Made by a program: the position numbers and the translations under genes. Positions 19,433 through 27,992 of a stretch of 64,000 nucleotides of DNA are shown one piece after another. The notes beneath the pieces were generated by a model. The model searched no databases, had not been told where the DNA came from, and was given only the letters and a program-made list of their open reading frames with translations. Positions within the stretch are counted from its first letter, which is position 1; the number at the start of each line of letters is the position of its first letter. Source of the DNA: Bdellovibrionales bacterium (GTDB lineage: Bacteria; Bdellovibrionota; Bdellovibrionia; Bdellovibrionales; UBA1609); contig CBDHDF010000011.1 in the NCBI GenBank assembly GCA_965261545.1, positions 480,001-544,000 of the forward strand, given 5' to 3'.

Positions 19433-19672
19433 GTTATCTATGGGTCCTGTCGGCACCTACTGTTGAGTACCTGTCACTGAATCCTAGAAAAAATCTGTAA
19501 CCTATTGAAATCATGATAATCTTGCTCTGGAGGCGAAAAGTAGTCATAAGATTTCACATATTCAAATAAAAATCACTTTCGAGAGTCATCTTAAGAGCAT
19601 CTAATAATCACTTACAATTATCTATAGTCATTTTAACAAGGACGAATAACCTTTTAATAAGGAGAAATAACC

Positions 19673-20272
19673 ATGGAGAATAGAATTAAAATTTATTTGA
19701 TAATGGGAAGTCTATTGATATCTTCTTGCGCTTCCACTCAGAAATCTGTGTTTACAGGTATGGGGGTTGGAGCCATGACCGGTGCTGCTACAGGAATTAT
19801 CATCAATAAAAGGAACAAGGAAAAGTGGGCTTTACAGGGCCTTGTCATAGGAGCTACATTGGGAGGTTCTAGTGCTTATGTTGTTCACCACTCCCTGAAG
19901 AAGAGGGATGAAAAAATCAAAAAAGAAACCCTACTCCGGTTTAATGAGTTCATGTCATCCATGTCTTTTGAAGGAGATTCTAGAGGAAGACCAAGACAGA
20001 ACACCAAGGAAAGAGGAGTTAAAGACTTCAAAGTTGCAACTCCTGAAGTCGATAAGAATTGTTCTGATTGGGAGATTAAAGGAAATCGGCTTGTCGAAGG
20101 GCACTGTGTGTGGGTCATCCATGGGCAGTCTTTTTGGCTGCCAGTCTCAGGTCTCTCTTCCTCCTTCCCTTCCACACCATCTGGTTCTCTCCATCCTCCC
20201 CATTCTCCGAGATCACCGAAAACTAGTTGGAAGGCAATGCATCAAAGAGTTCCACAGAAGGCCCACAGATGA
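19673..20272 (+). CDS. Glycine-zipper lipoprotein
   Basis: Lipobox ISSC; GMGVGAMTGAATG...GLVIGATLGG; AAGGAG RBS. Confidence 0.75.
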   Translation: MENRIKIYLIMGSLLISSCASTQKSVFTGMGVGAMTGAATGIIINKRNKEKWALQGLVIGATLGGSSAYVVHHSLKKRDEKIKKETLLRFNEFMSSMSFEGDSRGRPRQNTKERGVKDFKVATPEVDKNCSDWEIKGNRLVEGHCVWVIHGQSFWLPVSGLSSSFPSTPSGSLHPPHSPRSPKTSWKAMHQRVPQKAHR

Positions 20273-20769
20273 AGGAAGAACATCCAAAAGTCATGGAAAA
20301 GAAGGGTATATTCGAAAAGAATCATCAAGGAGCCATGGAGAAAAGTCAACAAGGAGCCATAGAAAAGAGTCAAAAAGAAAGGATAGAAAGTATAGAGAGT
20401 AATAGGTGTAAGAAAAAGAGTGCTGCCTGTAGAATCCTATTAAATGAGAAATCCTCAGGTTTTCTTGCTCAACTTATTGAGAGATTGAAGGAAGATTCAT
20501 GCAAAACAGATACCTCTAAAGTTGTAAATTCTATTTTAAGAATCTTCTTTCAGAAGTATGAACATTTAGAGCGTGAGCACCTTGTTCATGAATTCTTCGA
20601 TAAGAAAAGCTACCTTAAGAAAATCATCCAAAGTGTTTCCGATGAAGAACTGGATAACTCCATTGAGACCTATTTAGGAAAGGTCAGTCATCATCAGGGG
20701 CATGGGAAGGGAAAGTCAAAACGAAGATCAAAAACTAACGATGGTTCAAATAACAATAAAGACTGTTAA
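20227..20769 (+). CDS. Hypothetical protein
   Basis: Globular C-terminal half; repetitive N-terminus. Confidence 0.6.
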   Translation: MEGNASKSSTEGPQMKEEHPKVMEKKGIFEKNHQGAMEKSQQGAIEKSQKERIESIESNRCKKKSAACRILLNEKSSGFLAQLIERLKEDSCKTDTSKVVNSILRIFFQKYEHLEREHLVHEFFDKKSYLKKIIQSVSDEELDNSIETYLGKVSHHQGHGKGKSKRRSKTNDGSNNNKDC

Positions 20770-20919
20770 AAATCGAATAAATCTGGAGCCTAATGAGAGC
20801 CTGGAATCGAATGAACCTGTAAATTTAATGAATCCAAGAAATCAGAAAATCATATCAACAATGAAGCAATGAACATTTCAAATCTAACAATGAATCTTTC
20901 AAATTAAGGAGTCAACACA

Positions 20920-21870
20920 ATGGATAAACTTATTTTATTAACGATCGTTCTTATATCAATGATACTTTCTTCCTGTGACACATTGGAAGAGGCCCCACGG
21001 AAAGAACCCCAAGAAATCACGAAGGAGGGCATAGAAGGCCCAGAAGGTGCAAAAGAGGGTGAAGGTGAAGATTCTGGGGCAGAGGCCACGGAAGAGCCTG
21101 AAAAGGCCATCATTGACGTTATTTTTGAAAACACGGTGGTGGATCAAGACACTTTCGTGGGTGATGTTAAGGTGGGAGATGAAATCATCATTCACCTTGA
21201 AGGTGGCGTAAAGACAGTGCCAAAGTTCTCAAAAATCTATAGCAAAACGGTGACTTCTTCATGGATCAAGTCTCAATGCGAATTGAGTCACATAAATGTT
21301 TCTCAAAAGAAAGGTGGGAAGGTGCATGACTGCATTGAGATTAAAGAATACGGGGATTGCAATATTTTCCGCCGTGACTATGTTGGCGAGGTAGAATCTC
21401 CTATTGTTGAGTTTGCAAGGGAGTCTGAAAATATTCCCGTATACTTTACCCTTGGAGGAAAGCCTTACAGCCTTGACAAGATCAATTTCCCTGAAGGATC
21501 TTCTGATGAATCTTCTGTCACGGGCTCCCTAAAAATCACTGAGGGAATGGTTCAAGAACCTGGGATGCTTTATCTTCAGCCTGTAAATACATCTGAAGAA
21601 ATAGTAAAGGTTGGTTTTTTGGGCTATGGCCATTGCCCAAACAGAAATAAAAGGGAGTTTCAGATCAGTCCACCCACGGCCCTGCAATTCCATGAAGTGA
21701 GCAACCATGTGAGAAGAAGGTTCCAAGTGAATCTTAGCATCATCAGAAGTCCCAGTCTCAGACCCTCCACCTCCAGCCTCAAACCCAATGAGGGGCAAAA
21801 GAGTTTCCATTTTTCCACTTATGGTAAAGAGCCTTTAATTGAATCATCTCAGGGAGGCTCTCCAGAGTGA
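20920..21870 (+). CDS. Hypothetical lipoprotein
   Basis: Lipobox LSSC, acidic linker, AAGGAG RBS. Confidence 0.75.
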   Translation: MDKLILLTIVLISMILSSCDTLEEAPRKEPQEITKEGIEGPEGAKEGEGEDSGAEATEEPEKAIIDVIFENTVVDQDTFVGDVKVGDEIIIHLEGGVKTVPKFSKIYSKTVTSSWIKSQCELSHINVSQKKGGKVHDCIEIKEYGDCNIFRRDYVGEVESPIVEFARESENIPVYFTLGGKPYSLDKINFPEGSSDESSVTGSLKITEGMVQEPGMLYLQPVNTSEEIVKVGFLGYGHCPNRNKREFQISPPTALQFHEVSNHVRRRFQVNLSIIRSPSLRPSTSSLKPNEGQKSFHFSTYGKEPLIESSQGGSPE

Positions 21871-22642
21871 TTGACTCAGAGTTTTTCAACATAAAGGTGC
21901 TGTCAATGGCACTCCTGAGTTCAGCAACATTCCCTGGCCAGTCATAAAGCTTCAAAGCTGTAAGAGCGTCTGGTTGTATGCCTATGGTTCTGTTGGGGGG
22001 AGACTTTGCTTTAATAAAAAAATGAATAAGGCTTTCAATATCATCCCTCCTCTCCCTTAGAGGAGGGACCCAAATGGTAGCGAAGCTTAAGATATCCAGT
22101 AATTCTTTTAGGAACGTTCTTTGTGTCACCATCATTTCTAGATCACAGCTCGATGTTGCTATGATTTGGGTATGACATGTGACCTCCTCACTCCTTTCAA
22201 GAGAAAAAAACTTCTTTTTTCTAAGTAACTCTGCCAACTCTTTCTGTGCTCTCAAATCAAGGGAGTCCACGTCATTAAGAAGCAATGTGCTTTTGCCTAA
22301 AACCTCAAGCCAGCCGGGGCTAATAATGAGATAGCCTCTAGGTGCCCCGACATCATACCCCAATAATTCTTCTGTAAAGTTCTGGACAAGAAAATTGGGG
22401 CAATGAACAGAAAAAAGGGGGCTGTATCGGCGGCTGGATTTTTTATGAATGACATGGGCCACTTGCTTTTTGCCAGCCCCTTTTTCCCCTCGAATCAAAA
22501 TCGGAGTATCCATAAGACTGATTTGGTGAATTTCCTTAGAGAGTTGGCTTATTTTCTGAGAAGAACCTATAAGGCTCACCCCAAGGTTATGTTTTGGGGG
22601 AGTTCTTCTTGCTTTTTTGTATAAACCTATAATTTTCTGCAT
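21779..22642 (-). CDS. Degenerate sigma-54-interaction AAA+ protein without REC or HTH
   Basis: GEKGAGK; GAFTGA replaced by GAPRGY; Walker B reads LLLNDVD; VPPLRERRDDI; YDWPGNVAEL. Confidence 0.85.
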   Translation of the reverse strand: MQKIIGLYKKARRTPPKHNLGVSLIGSSQKISQLSKEIHQISLMDTPILIRGEKGAGKKQVAHVIHKKSSRRYSPLFSVHCPNFLVQNFTEELLGYDVGAPRGYLIISPGWLEVLGKSTLLLNDVDSLDLRAQKELAELLRKKKFFSLERSEEVTCHTQIIATSSCDLEMMVTQRTFLKELLDILSFATIWVPPLRERRDDIESLIHFFIKAKSPPNRTIGIQPDALTALKLYDWPGNVAELRSAIDSTFMLKNSESITLESLPEMIQLKALYHKWKNGNSFAPHWV

Positions 22643-22752
22643 TTTGATGCTCTTATTTTTGGATGACCAAGTATCTTGTTCAATCGACGTGTCAGCTTAT
22701 CAGAAGCGTAAGTTTATGGGATAGAAACAGTGCTATTCGCTTACTCTGAGAC

Positions 22753-22803
22753 GTTCGTCATAGCGAATTTTACACTTAGCACGAAATGTTCGCTATAGCG
22801 AAC
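22753..22803. promoter_or_regulatory. Twin operator palindromes upstream of the XRE gene
   Basis: GTTCGTCATAGCGAAT (22753-22768) and the perfect palindrome GTTCGCTATAGCGAAC (22788-22803). Confidence 0.65.
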
Positions 22804-22836
22804 TATAACGCAATGTAGAAGAGATAAGCTTAACCT

Positions 22837-23064
22837 GTGGACGAGATTGATTTAGAAATAAAAAAACTTGAACTTGGCGAAGCCATTGCCGTTTTTAGGA
22901 GAAAAAAAGGGCTTTCTTTGACAAGGTTAGCCTATGAGGCTGGTGTTTCTAAGGGAAATTTATCAGATATTGAAAAAGGCAAAAAAGACCCTAGACTTTC
23001 CTCTTTACTACTCATCGCAAACGGGCTGGATATTTCAGTGTCAGTGCTATTCAAGTCAATTTAA
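22837..23064 (+). CDS. XRE-family HTH regulator
   Basis: RRKKGLSLTRLAYEAGVSKGNLSDIEKGKKDPRLSSLLLIANGL. Confidence 0.9.
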   Translation: MDEIDLEIKKLELGEAIAVFRRKKGLSLTRLAYEAGVSKGNLSDIEKGKKDPRLSSLLLIANGLDISVSVLFKSI

Positions 23065-23166
23065 TTGACACGCTGAGCCTAGATTCAGCTCGGAATAACT
23101 ATTTTGTAGATAAAATAGTCTTTCATACCTACATGAATTCTTCAATAAGCCATTTATTATGTCTAT

Positions 23167-23472
23167 ATGGCGAACCCTAAAAAATTGTCTGCCACCAAAG
23201 GAACCGCTTCACGCCAACGGAAGAATTCATTTGCAAGCAATGAGCTGCGAGTTCTTAAAAGTTTTGGTAGGCAAGTCAACTATGACATATCGCATGATAT
23301 TGACTCCAAGCGTCCAGTAGAGCAGCTTTCTTTTGACGCAGATATATCGCGAGCTGCTATCTATGAAATAACTGCGGGCAGAGGTAACCCCAAGTTAATC
23401 ACTATGTATCGTTTGGCAAGAAGCCTTGGCTATAAAAAGCTAAGTGATTTACTCATATCTTCTGGACTCTAG
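23167..23472 (+). CDS. XRE-like HTH protein
   Basis: EQLSFDADISRAAIYEITAGRGNPKLITMYRLARSLG. Confidence 0.75.
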   Translation: MANPKKLSATKGTASRQRKNSFASNELRVLKSFGRQVNYDISHDIDSKRPVEQLSFDADISRAAIYEITAGRGNPKLITMYRLARSLGYKKLSDLLISSGL

Positions 23473-23534
23473 TCGATCCGCTCACAAGATAAGATGTGGT
23501 TTCGTAGTTTTATTCCAAGAACAATCTTATTATT

Positions 23535-23771
23535 TCAATAAATAATGGTCATGTAGTTTATGATCTTGCCATTTTCTTCCGTTTCTTTGGGCATACAGTA
23601 TAGATCGTATAATTTTATTGATTTTTTCTTGAGTGCTTCATTTTTCTCTACGAAGATGAGCCGCAATAGACTGTCTTCAAAAGTATTAGATATTATTCTC
23701 TTGTGATGAGATTTTCCACCTATAACGAGCATTTCTAACTCTTTTTTTCTAAGATGGTGCTTGATATGCAT
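23535..23771 (-). CDS. Hypothetical protein
   Basis: AGGAGG RBS; follows 23799..24080 on the same strand. Confidence 0.5.
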   Translation of the reverse strand: MHIKHHLRKKELEMLVIGGKSHHKRIISNTFEDSLLRLIFVEKNEALKKKSIKLYDLYCMPKETEENGKIINYMTIIY

Positions 23772-23798
23772 TCTAACCTCCTATGAGTGAAGAATTAA

Positions 23799-24080
23799 TT
23801 ATTTAGAGCCTTCTTTAATATTACCAGATGGCTCTTTAGTCATAGATGAAGCATCGCAACAGGTTCGAAGTATTTCTTCTTGAATAGATAGGTCTTCGGC
23901 AAGAAGCTTTATAAGCTTACCTACCCCAAAGAATTCGTCTGGAGACATACAGCTATGTTGTGATTGAAACTCAAAAAGAGAGCCTAGCCCATTGAATCCA
24001 CTTTGAATCTCAAAGAGTCGGTGACAAATATTCTTAAGTTTATCTTTTGTTAAATGTTCAAATTTTTCCATGGATTCCAT
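23799..24080 (-). CDS. Hypothetical helical protein
   Basis: 93-aa ORF with plausible composition. Confidence 0.55.
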   Translation of the reverse strand: MESMEKFEHLTKDKLKNICHRLFEIQSGFNGLGSLFEFQSQHSCMSPDEFFGVGKLIKLLAEDLSIQEEILRTCCDASSMTKEPSGNIKEGSK

Positions 24081-24426
24081 CCGTTATTTTTGAGTGTGGT
24101 TCTTCTGAATGTGGTTGCGGCCATGGCCTACACCCATTTTGGCCGTTTTGAAAAGGGCCAAACTTTATTTTTTTGCCCATCGTCAAAAAAAATCCTCAGA
24201 ATGGGGGTTTTTGAGCCTTCATGCCCCATTAAGTTCATAAGATAGGGGATTTCCCAATCTTCAAGCCCCCATGAACCCAACCCAGTTTTCAATCTATCAC
24301 GGTGCTCTAGCCAACGCAATTTATGAACCCACCTACGGGACCTAACTTAACCCACACCACACCTATGAAGGAGGTATTTCATGATTCATTCAATATTTTT
24401 TTCAATGTCTTTTTTGCAAGAGGCTT

Positions 24427-25512
24427 ATGCTTAACAAAAATATATTAGGGAAAGATTTCTTCAGTGAAGATCATTGCTGGCAATACGAAATGAGAAAAAA
24501 GAACCTCGCCAAGGACCTAAAAATGGTCGGTCTTACTTATAATGAAATGTCTAAACTTCGAGTCTCTCACTTTGATTTTTTCCATGTTTCAAAAAGTAAT
24601 AAAGAAATGTGTAAAAAAGTGAAAGCCTTTATTCTTCACCATGAATGGCTTGGCAAAATGCCCCATCGTCCTACCCATCGCTTTATAGCGACCTACAAAG
24701 GACAATTGGCTGGTGCAATTGTGATGGCCACGCCCAATGCATTTTCTCATCTTTTGGGTAAAGAAAATCGTGACAAAGAGAAGCTTATCAGTCGGGGAGC
24801 TTGTATTTCTTGGAGCCCCAAGAATCTGGCAAGTTCCCTTGTAATGTTTTCTGTCCGCTGGATGGTGAAAAACACTTCCTATCGTTATTTCTCAGCCTAT
24901 TCAGACACTGAAGCCAGAGAGATGGGAACTATCTACCAAGCTTCTAATTTTATTTATCTAGGACAAAATTCAGGGGCACGTTTTGAATATTATGACCCTC
25001 ATGACCCCGAAAAGGGTTGGTTCAGTGACCGGAGGTTTAGAAAAATAAGTAGTTATAAGAAATATGCCCTTGCTCTTGGCATTCATTGGAAGAGTGACTG
25101 GAACAATAGGGATCATATCCATTGGGAGCGAATTCCCGAGGCTCTTGTGACTCAACTTAGAGAAGCCTCAAGAAAATATCAAGCTTGTTGCCAACGTCGT
25201 AGGCTTCCAAGAAAGCATAAGTATGTCTACATCTTAGGAAAGAGCAAAAGGGAGACCAAGAAACTCCTAAAAATCTTTAAGGACAGAAATTCAGAGAAGC
25301 AAAATTTGGTTTATCCCAAATTTCGAGGACCACAAATGAATCAAGGGTTACAAGTGAGCCGAGAGTTACAAATGAATTGGCCTGTTCATATGAAACTCAA
25401 GTTTATGCGGCCGTTCATTTCACAAGACGATGATTCAGAAAATTCAAAAACTTCAGAAACTATGGATGGTGTTATTGACAAAATGGCCGACTCCATGGTG
25501 GCCATAAAGTAA
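24427..25512 (+). CDS. Mom-family (GNAT-fold) adenine-modification protein
   Basis: FILHHEWLG...LAGAIV...LISRGAC...PKNLAS...AYSD...GTIYQASNFIYLG. Confidence 0.7.
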   Translation: MLNKNILGKDFFSEDHCWQYEMRKKNLAKDLKMVGLTYNEMSKLRVSHFDFFHVSKSNKEMCKKVKAFILHHEWLGKMPHRPTHRFIATYKGQLAGAIVMATPNAFSHLLGKENRDKEKLISRGACISWSPKNLASSLVMFSVRWMVKNTSYRYFSAYSDTEAREMGTIYQASNFIYLGQNSGARFEYYDPHDPEKGWFSDRRFRKISSYKKYALALGIHWKSDWNNRDHIHWERIPEALVTQLREASRKYQACCQRRRLPRKHKYVYILGKSKRETKKLLKIFKDRNSEKQNLVYPKFRGPQMNQGLQVSRELQMNWPVHMKLKFMRPFISQDDDSENSKTSETMDGVIDKMADSMVAIK

Positions 25513-25519
25513 GGCATTT

Positions 25520-26017
25520 GTGGTTGTTCCAAAAAGGAAACCCATAAGCTTCGATTCATCGGGAGGACATTGTCATGCATGGGAAGAGCATTGTCATTCG
25601 CCAGAAAAACGTAGGAACTCGCTGGGAAAATACGACAATTCACCAGAAAAATATGACAACTTATCGAAAAATCATGGCAATTTGTCGGGGAGAAATCAGA
25701 GTTCGGGAAGACATTGCAGAAAGTGCCAAAAATTTAAAGATTGGGAGGGTTTTCACCGAAAACCCTTGGGCCACCAAGGGCGTGACAGCCAGTGCAAGGA
25801 GTGTCGAAAAAAGGCACAAGTCAGGCGAAGAAAAGAAAGAAGGAAAGAAATGCAGAAAATCAAAAAGCAAGAGTATAGGGAAAGGCATATTCACATCAAT
25901 GGTAATGACCTCACTGTGGAAAGTATCATTGTGGGCGAACCAAGCCCGGATCTTCTTGTGGATGTTGCCATGATGATTGCCCACGCCTATCTTTATCGGG
26001 GAGTTCCACATGACTAA
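25520..26017 (+). CDS. Zinc-finger (CxxC...CxxC) basic protein next to the recombinase
   Basis: HCRKCQKFK...F...G....QCKEC followed by a basic helix. Confidence 0.55.
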   Translation: MVVPKRKPISFDSSGGHCHAWEEHCHSPEKRRNSLGKYDNSPEKYDNLSKNHGNLSGRNQSSGRHCRKCQKFKDWEGFHRKPLGHQGRDSQCKECRKKAQVRRRKERRKEMQKIKKQEYRERHIHINGNDLTVESIIVGEPSPDLLVDVAMMIAHAYLYRGVPHD

Positions 26018-26025
26018 ACGAGGAG

Positions 26026-27954
26026 TTGCACATGGCTAGAAAAAGAATGAGTCATAGGGAAATGAAAAAACTTGTTTTTAAAGTTGTTGATGACTGTAAA
26101 AGACTTGCTGACAATCATGTTAAAAACTGGAAGCCCACCAATAAGAGTTGGTCCACCATTGAGGGAGCCGTGTATCTGAGACTTTCCGACAATGCCCAAG
26201 TGGCTGTGGAAAGGGGTTCTCTGGAACAACAAATTCACATTGCCGTCTCAGAAGCCCAATATCGTTCGGAACAGGAAAAGATCAACTACAAGATCAGCGA
26301 GTTTTATATTGAACCCGGAGTCACAGGAACCCATGACAATCGGCCCGAGTTTATAAGGTTGCAGCAGAATATTCTCCTTAAGACCCATCAATTTATTATC
26401 TTCAAGGAAATTTCCCGACTGGTGCGAGACCTGGAAATCTGGAAGCGATTTTTCAAGCTCTGCCAAAACCATGATTGTGAAATTTGTCTGCGTGGCCTTC
26501 CATTTAATCCCAATGATCCGGCTTCCATTTTGCAGTTAGATCAACTGGCGGCCTATGCTGAGTTTGAATCACGCACCACTTCCAAGCGCATCAGAGAAAG
26601 CAATCATTCCGCCCTTATCACTTCTGGGAAATTCAATGGAGATTACCCTTTGCTTGGTTTTGACCTTGTGACCAATGAACACGGGGAGGGAACGGGGGTT
26701 TACAAACCCAACCCCAAGGAACTCAAGCAAGTGGAGTGGGTCATGACTTCTTTTCTTCAGGTGGATAAGTATGGAACCCTTCTCAATATATGCAAAGAAC
26801 AAGGTATTCAAAACAAGCACGGAAAACCCTTGAGTCGAAATAGCCTCAAGGCTCTGCTTACCAACCCTCGCTATGTGGGCAAGTGGTATCGCAACCCCCA
26901 TAGTAAGGATAAAAGGCAAGACAAGCTTATGCCCTACGACCGTTATATGGAGGTGAGTTTTGATTATGGCTGTGTCATCAATGAGAGGCTTTGGAGCCAA
27001 GTGCAAGAGAAGGTGCGCAGCATGGACCAGTCACGGGCCAAGGGAGTGAAAAGGTGCTACCCTCTTTCGGGGCTTCTTTTTTTAGAGGATGGTACCCATT
27101 TTATAGGGACTGGTGCCTGGGGGCGTCAATACAAGGCCACTTATTATTACAATGTCTCCCACAAGCTTCGAATACCCACAAAGATTTTTGAGAAGGAAGC
27201 TGAGAAAATGTTATGTCATGTCAAAAATCACTCCAAGGAGTTCCAAGGGGCTCTTGTGAAGCTTACCCAAAAAAAGGATAGCACTTTGGAGAGGATCAAG
27301 GATAAGATGCAAAACATTGAAGAGCAGTTTAAGAAACTTGCCACCCAAAGGGAGCAGCTCGATAAGCGGCTGAACTTCCTCTTGGCGGATGATAGCCATG
27401 GTCGTGGAGGCGGTGGAAGTGAAGGCGATAGTGGTAGTGGTGGCAGTGACGGCTGTAGTAATAGTGGCAGCAGTGGCAATGATGGTAGTCACGGCAATGG
27501 AGACCCTAGCAGTGATGGCCGTGGTGGTAGTGATAGTAGTGATCGCACTACTGGCAATGATGAAAATATGGAAATGGCTCTCGCCTTCAAAGGCGAATAC
27601 AAAAAACAATTTGTGAAGCTAAGAGACCAAGAGCAAGAACTCAACCATCAGAGAGAGAAGATGCGACGGATCCAAGCTCAATTCACAACACCTCTCCCCC
27701 AAAAAGAAGAAGAAAGGCAGAAGTTGGTGAATGACGCTCTCCAGCATGTCCAGAAAAAGGACCTTGTCGCCCTGAGAGCCATTTATCGAAAATTTTTTGA
27801 GAAGATCATCGTAAAACCCTTGGATAGCTCCAGGGTTCAACTGCAATTTGTCTTCAAAGACTCGTCCTCGACCCTTTTTCGCAGGGTTGAGGACGCATTC
27901 TGCATATCGGTTGGAATGGTGGAGGCAACAGGGATCGAACCTGCGACCTCTTGA
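26026..27954 (+). CDS. Large serine recombinase (ICE integrase)
   Basis: YLRLS catalytic Ser; SLEQQ; RPEF; SRLVRD; AEFESRTTSKR; LTNPRYVG; coiled coil. Confidence 0.92.
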   Translation: MHMARKRMSHREMKKLVFKVVDDCKRLADNHVKNWKPTNKSWSTIEGAVYLRLSDNAQVAVERGSLEQQIHIAVSEAQYRSEQEKINYKISEFYIEPGVTGTHDNRPEFIRLQQNILLKTHQFIIFKEISRLVRDLEIWKRFFKLCQNHDCEICLRGLPFNPNDPASILQLDQLAAYAEFESRTTSKRIRESNHSALITSGKFNGDYPLLGFDLVTNEHGEGTGVYKPNPKELKQVEWVMTSFLQVDKYGTLLNICKEQGIQNKHGKPLSRNSLKALLTNPRYVGKWYRNPHSKDKRQDKLMPYDRYMEVSFDYGCVINERLWSQVQEKVRSMDQSRAKGVKRCYPLSGLLFLEDGTHFIGTGAWGRQYKATYYYNVSHKLRIPTKIFEKEAEKMLCHVKNHSKEFQGALVKLTQKKDSTLERIKDKMQNIEEQFKKLATQREQLDKRLNFLLADDSHGRGGGGSEGDSGSGGSDGCSNSGSSGNDGSHGNGDPSSDGRGGSDSSDRTTGNDENMEMALAFKGEYKKQFVKLRDQEQELNHQREKMRRIQAQFTTPLPQKEEERQKLVNDALQHVQKKDLVALRAIYRKFFEKIIVKPLDSSRVQLQFVFKDSSSTLFRRVEDAFCISVGMVEATGIEPATS

Positions 27955-27992
27955 ATGCAAATCAAGTGCTCTACCAACTGAGCTATGCCCCC
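27917..27992 (-). tRNA. tRNA-Ala(UGC), 76 nt, CCA encoded
   Basis: GGGGGCATAGCTCAGTTGGTAGAGCACTTGATTTGCATTCAAGAGGTCGCAGGTTCGATCCCTGTTGCCTCCACCA; G3:U70 pair; anticodon TGC. Confidence 0.97.

Larger units (their letters stand above)
1..27954. mobile_element. Integrative conjugative element at the tRNA-Ala 3' end (left end outside the window or not detected)
   Basis: T4SS, coupling ATPase, relaxase candidate and a serine integrase abutting the tRNA 3' end. Confidence 0.8.
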
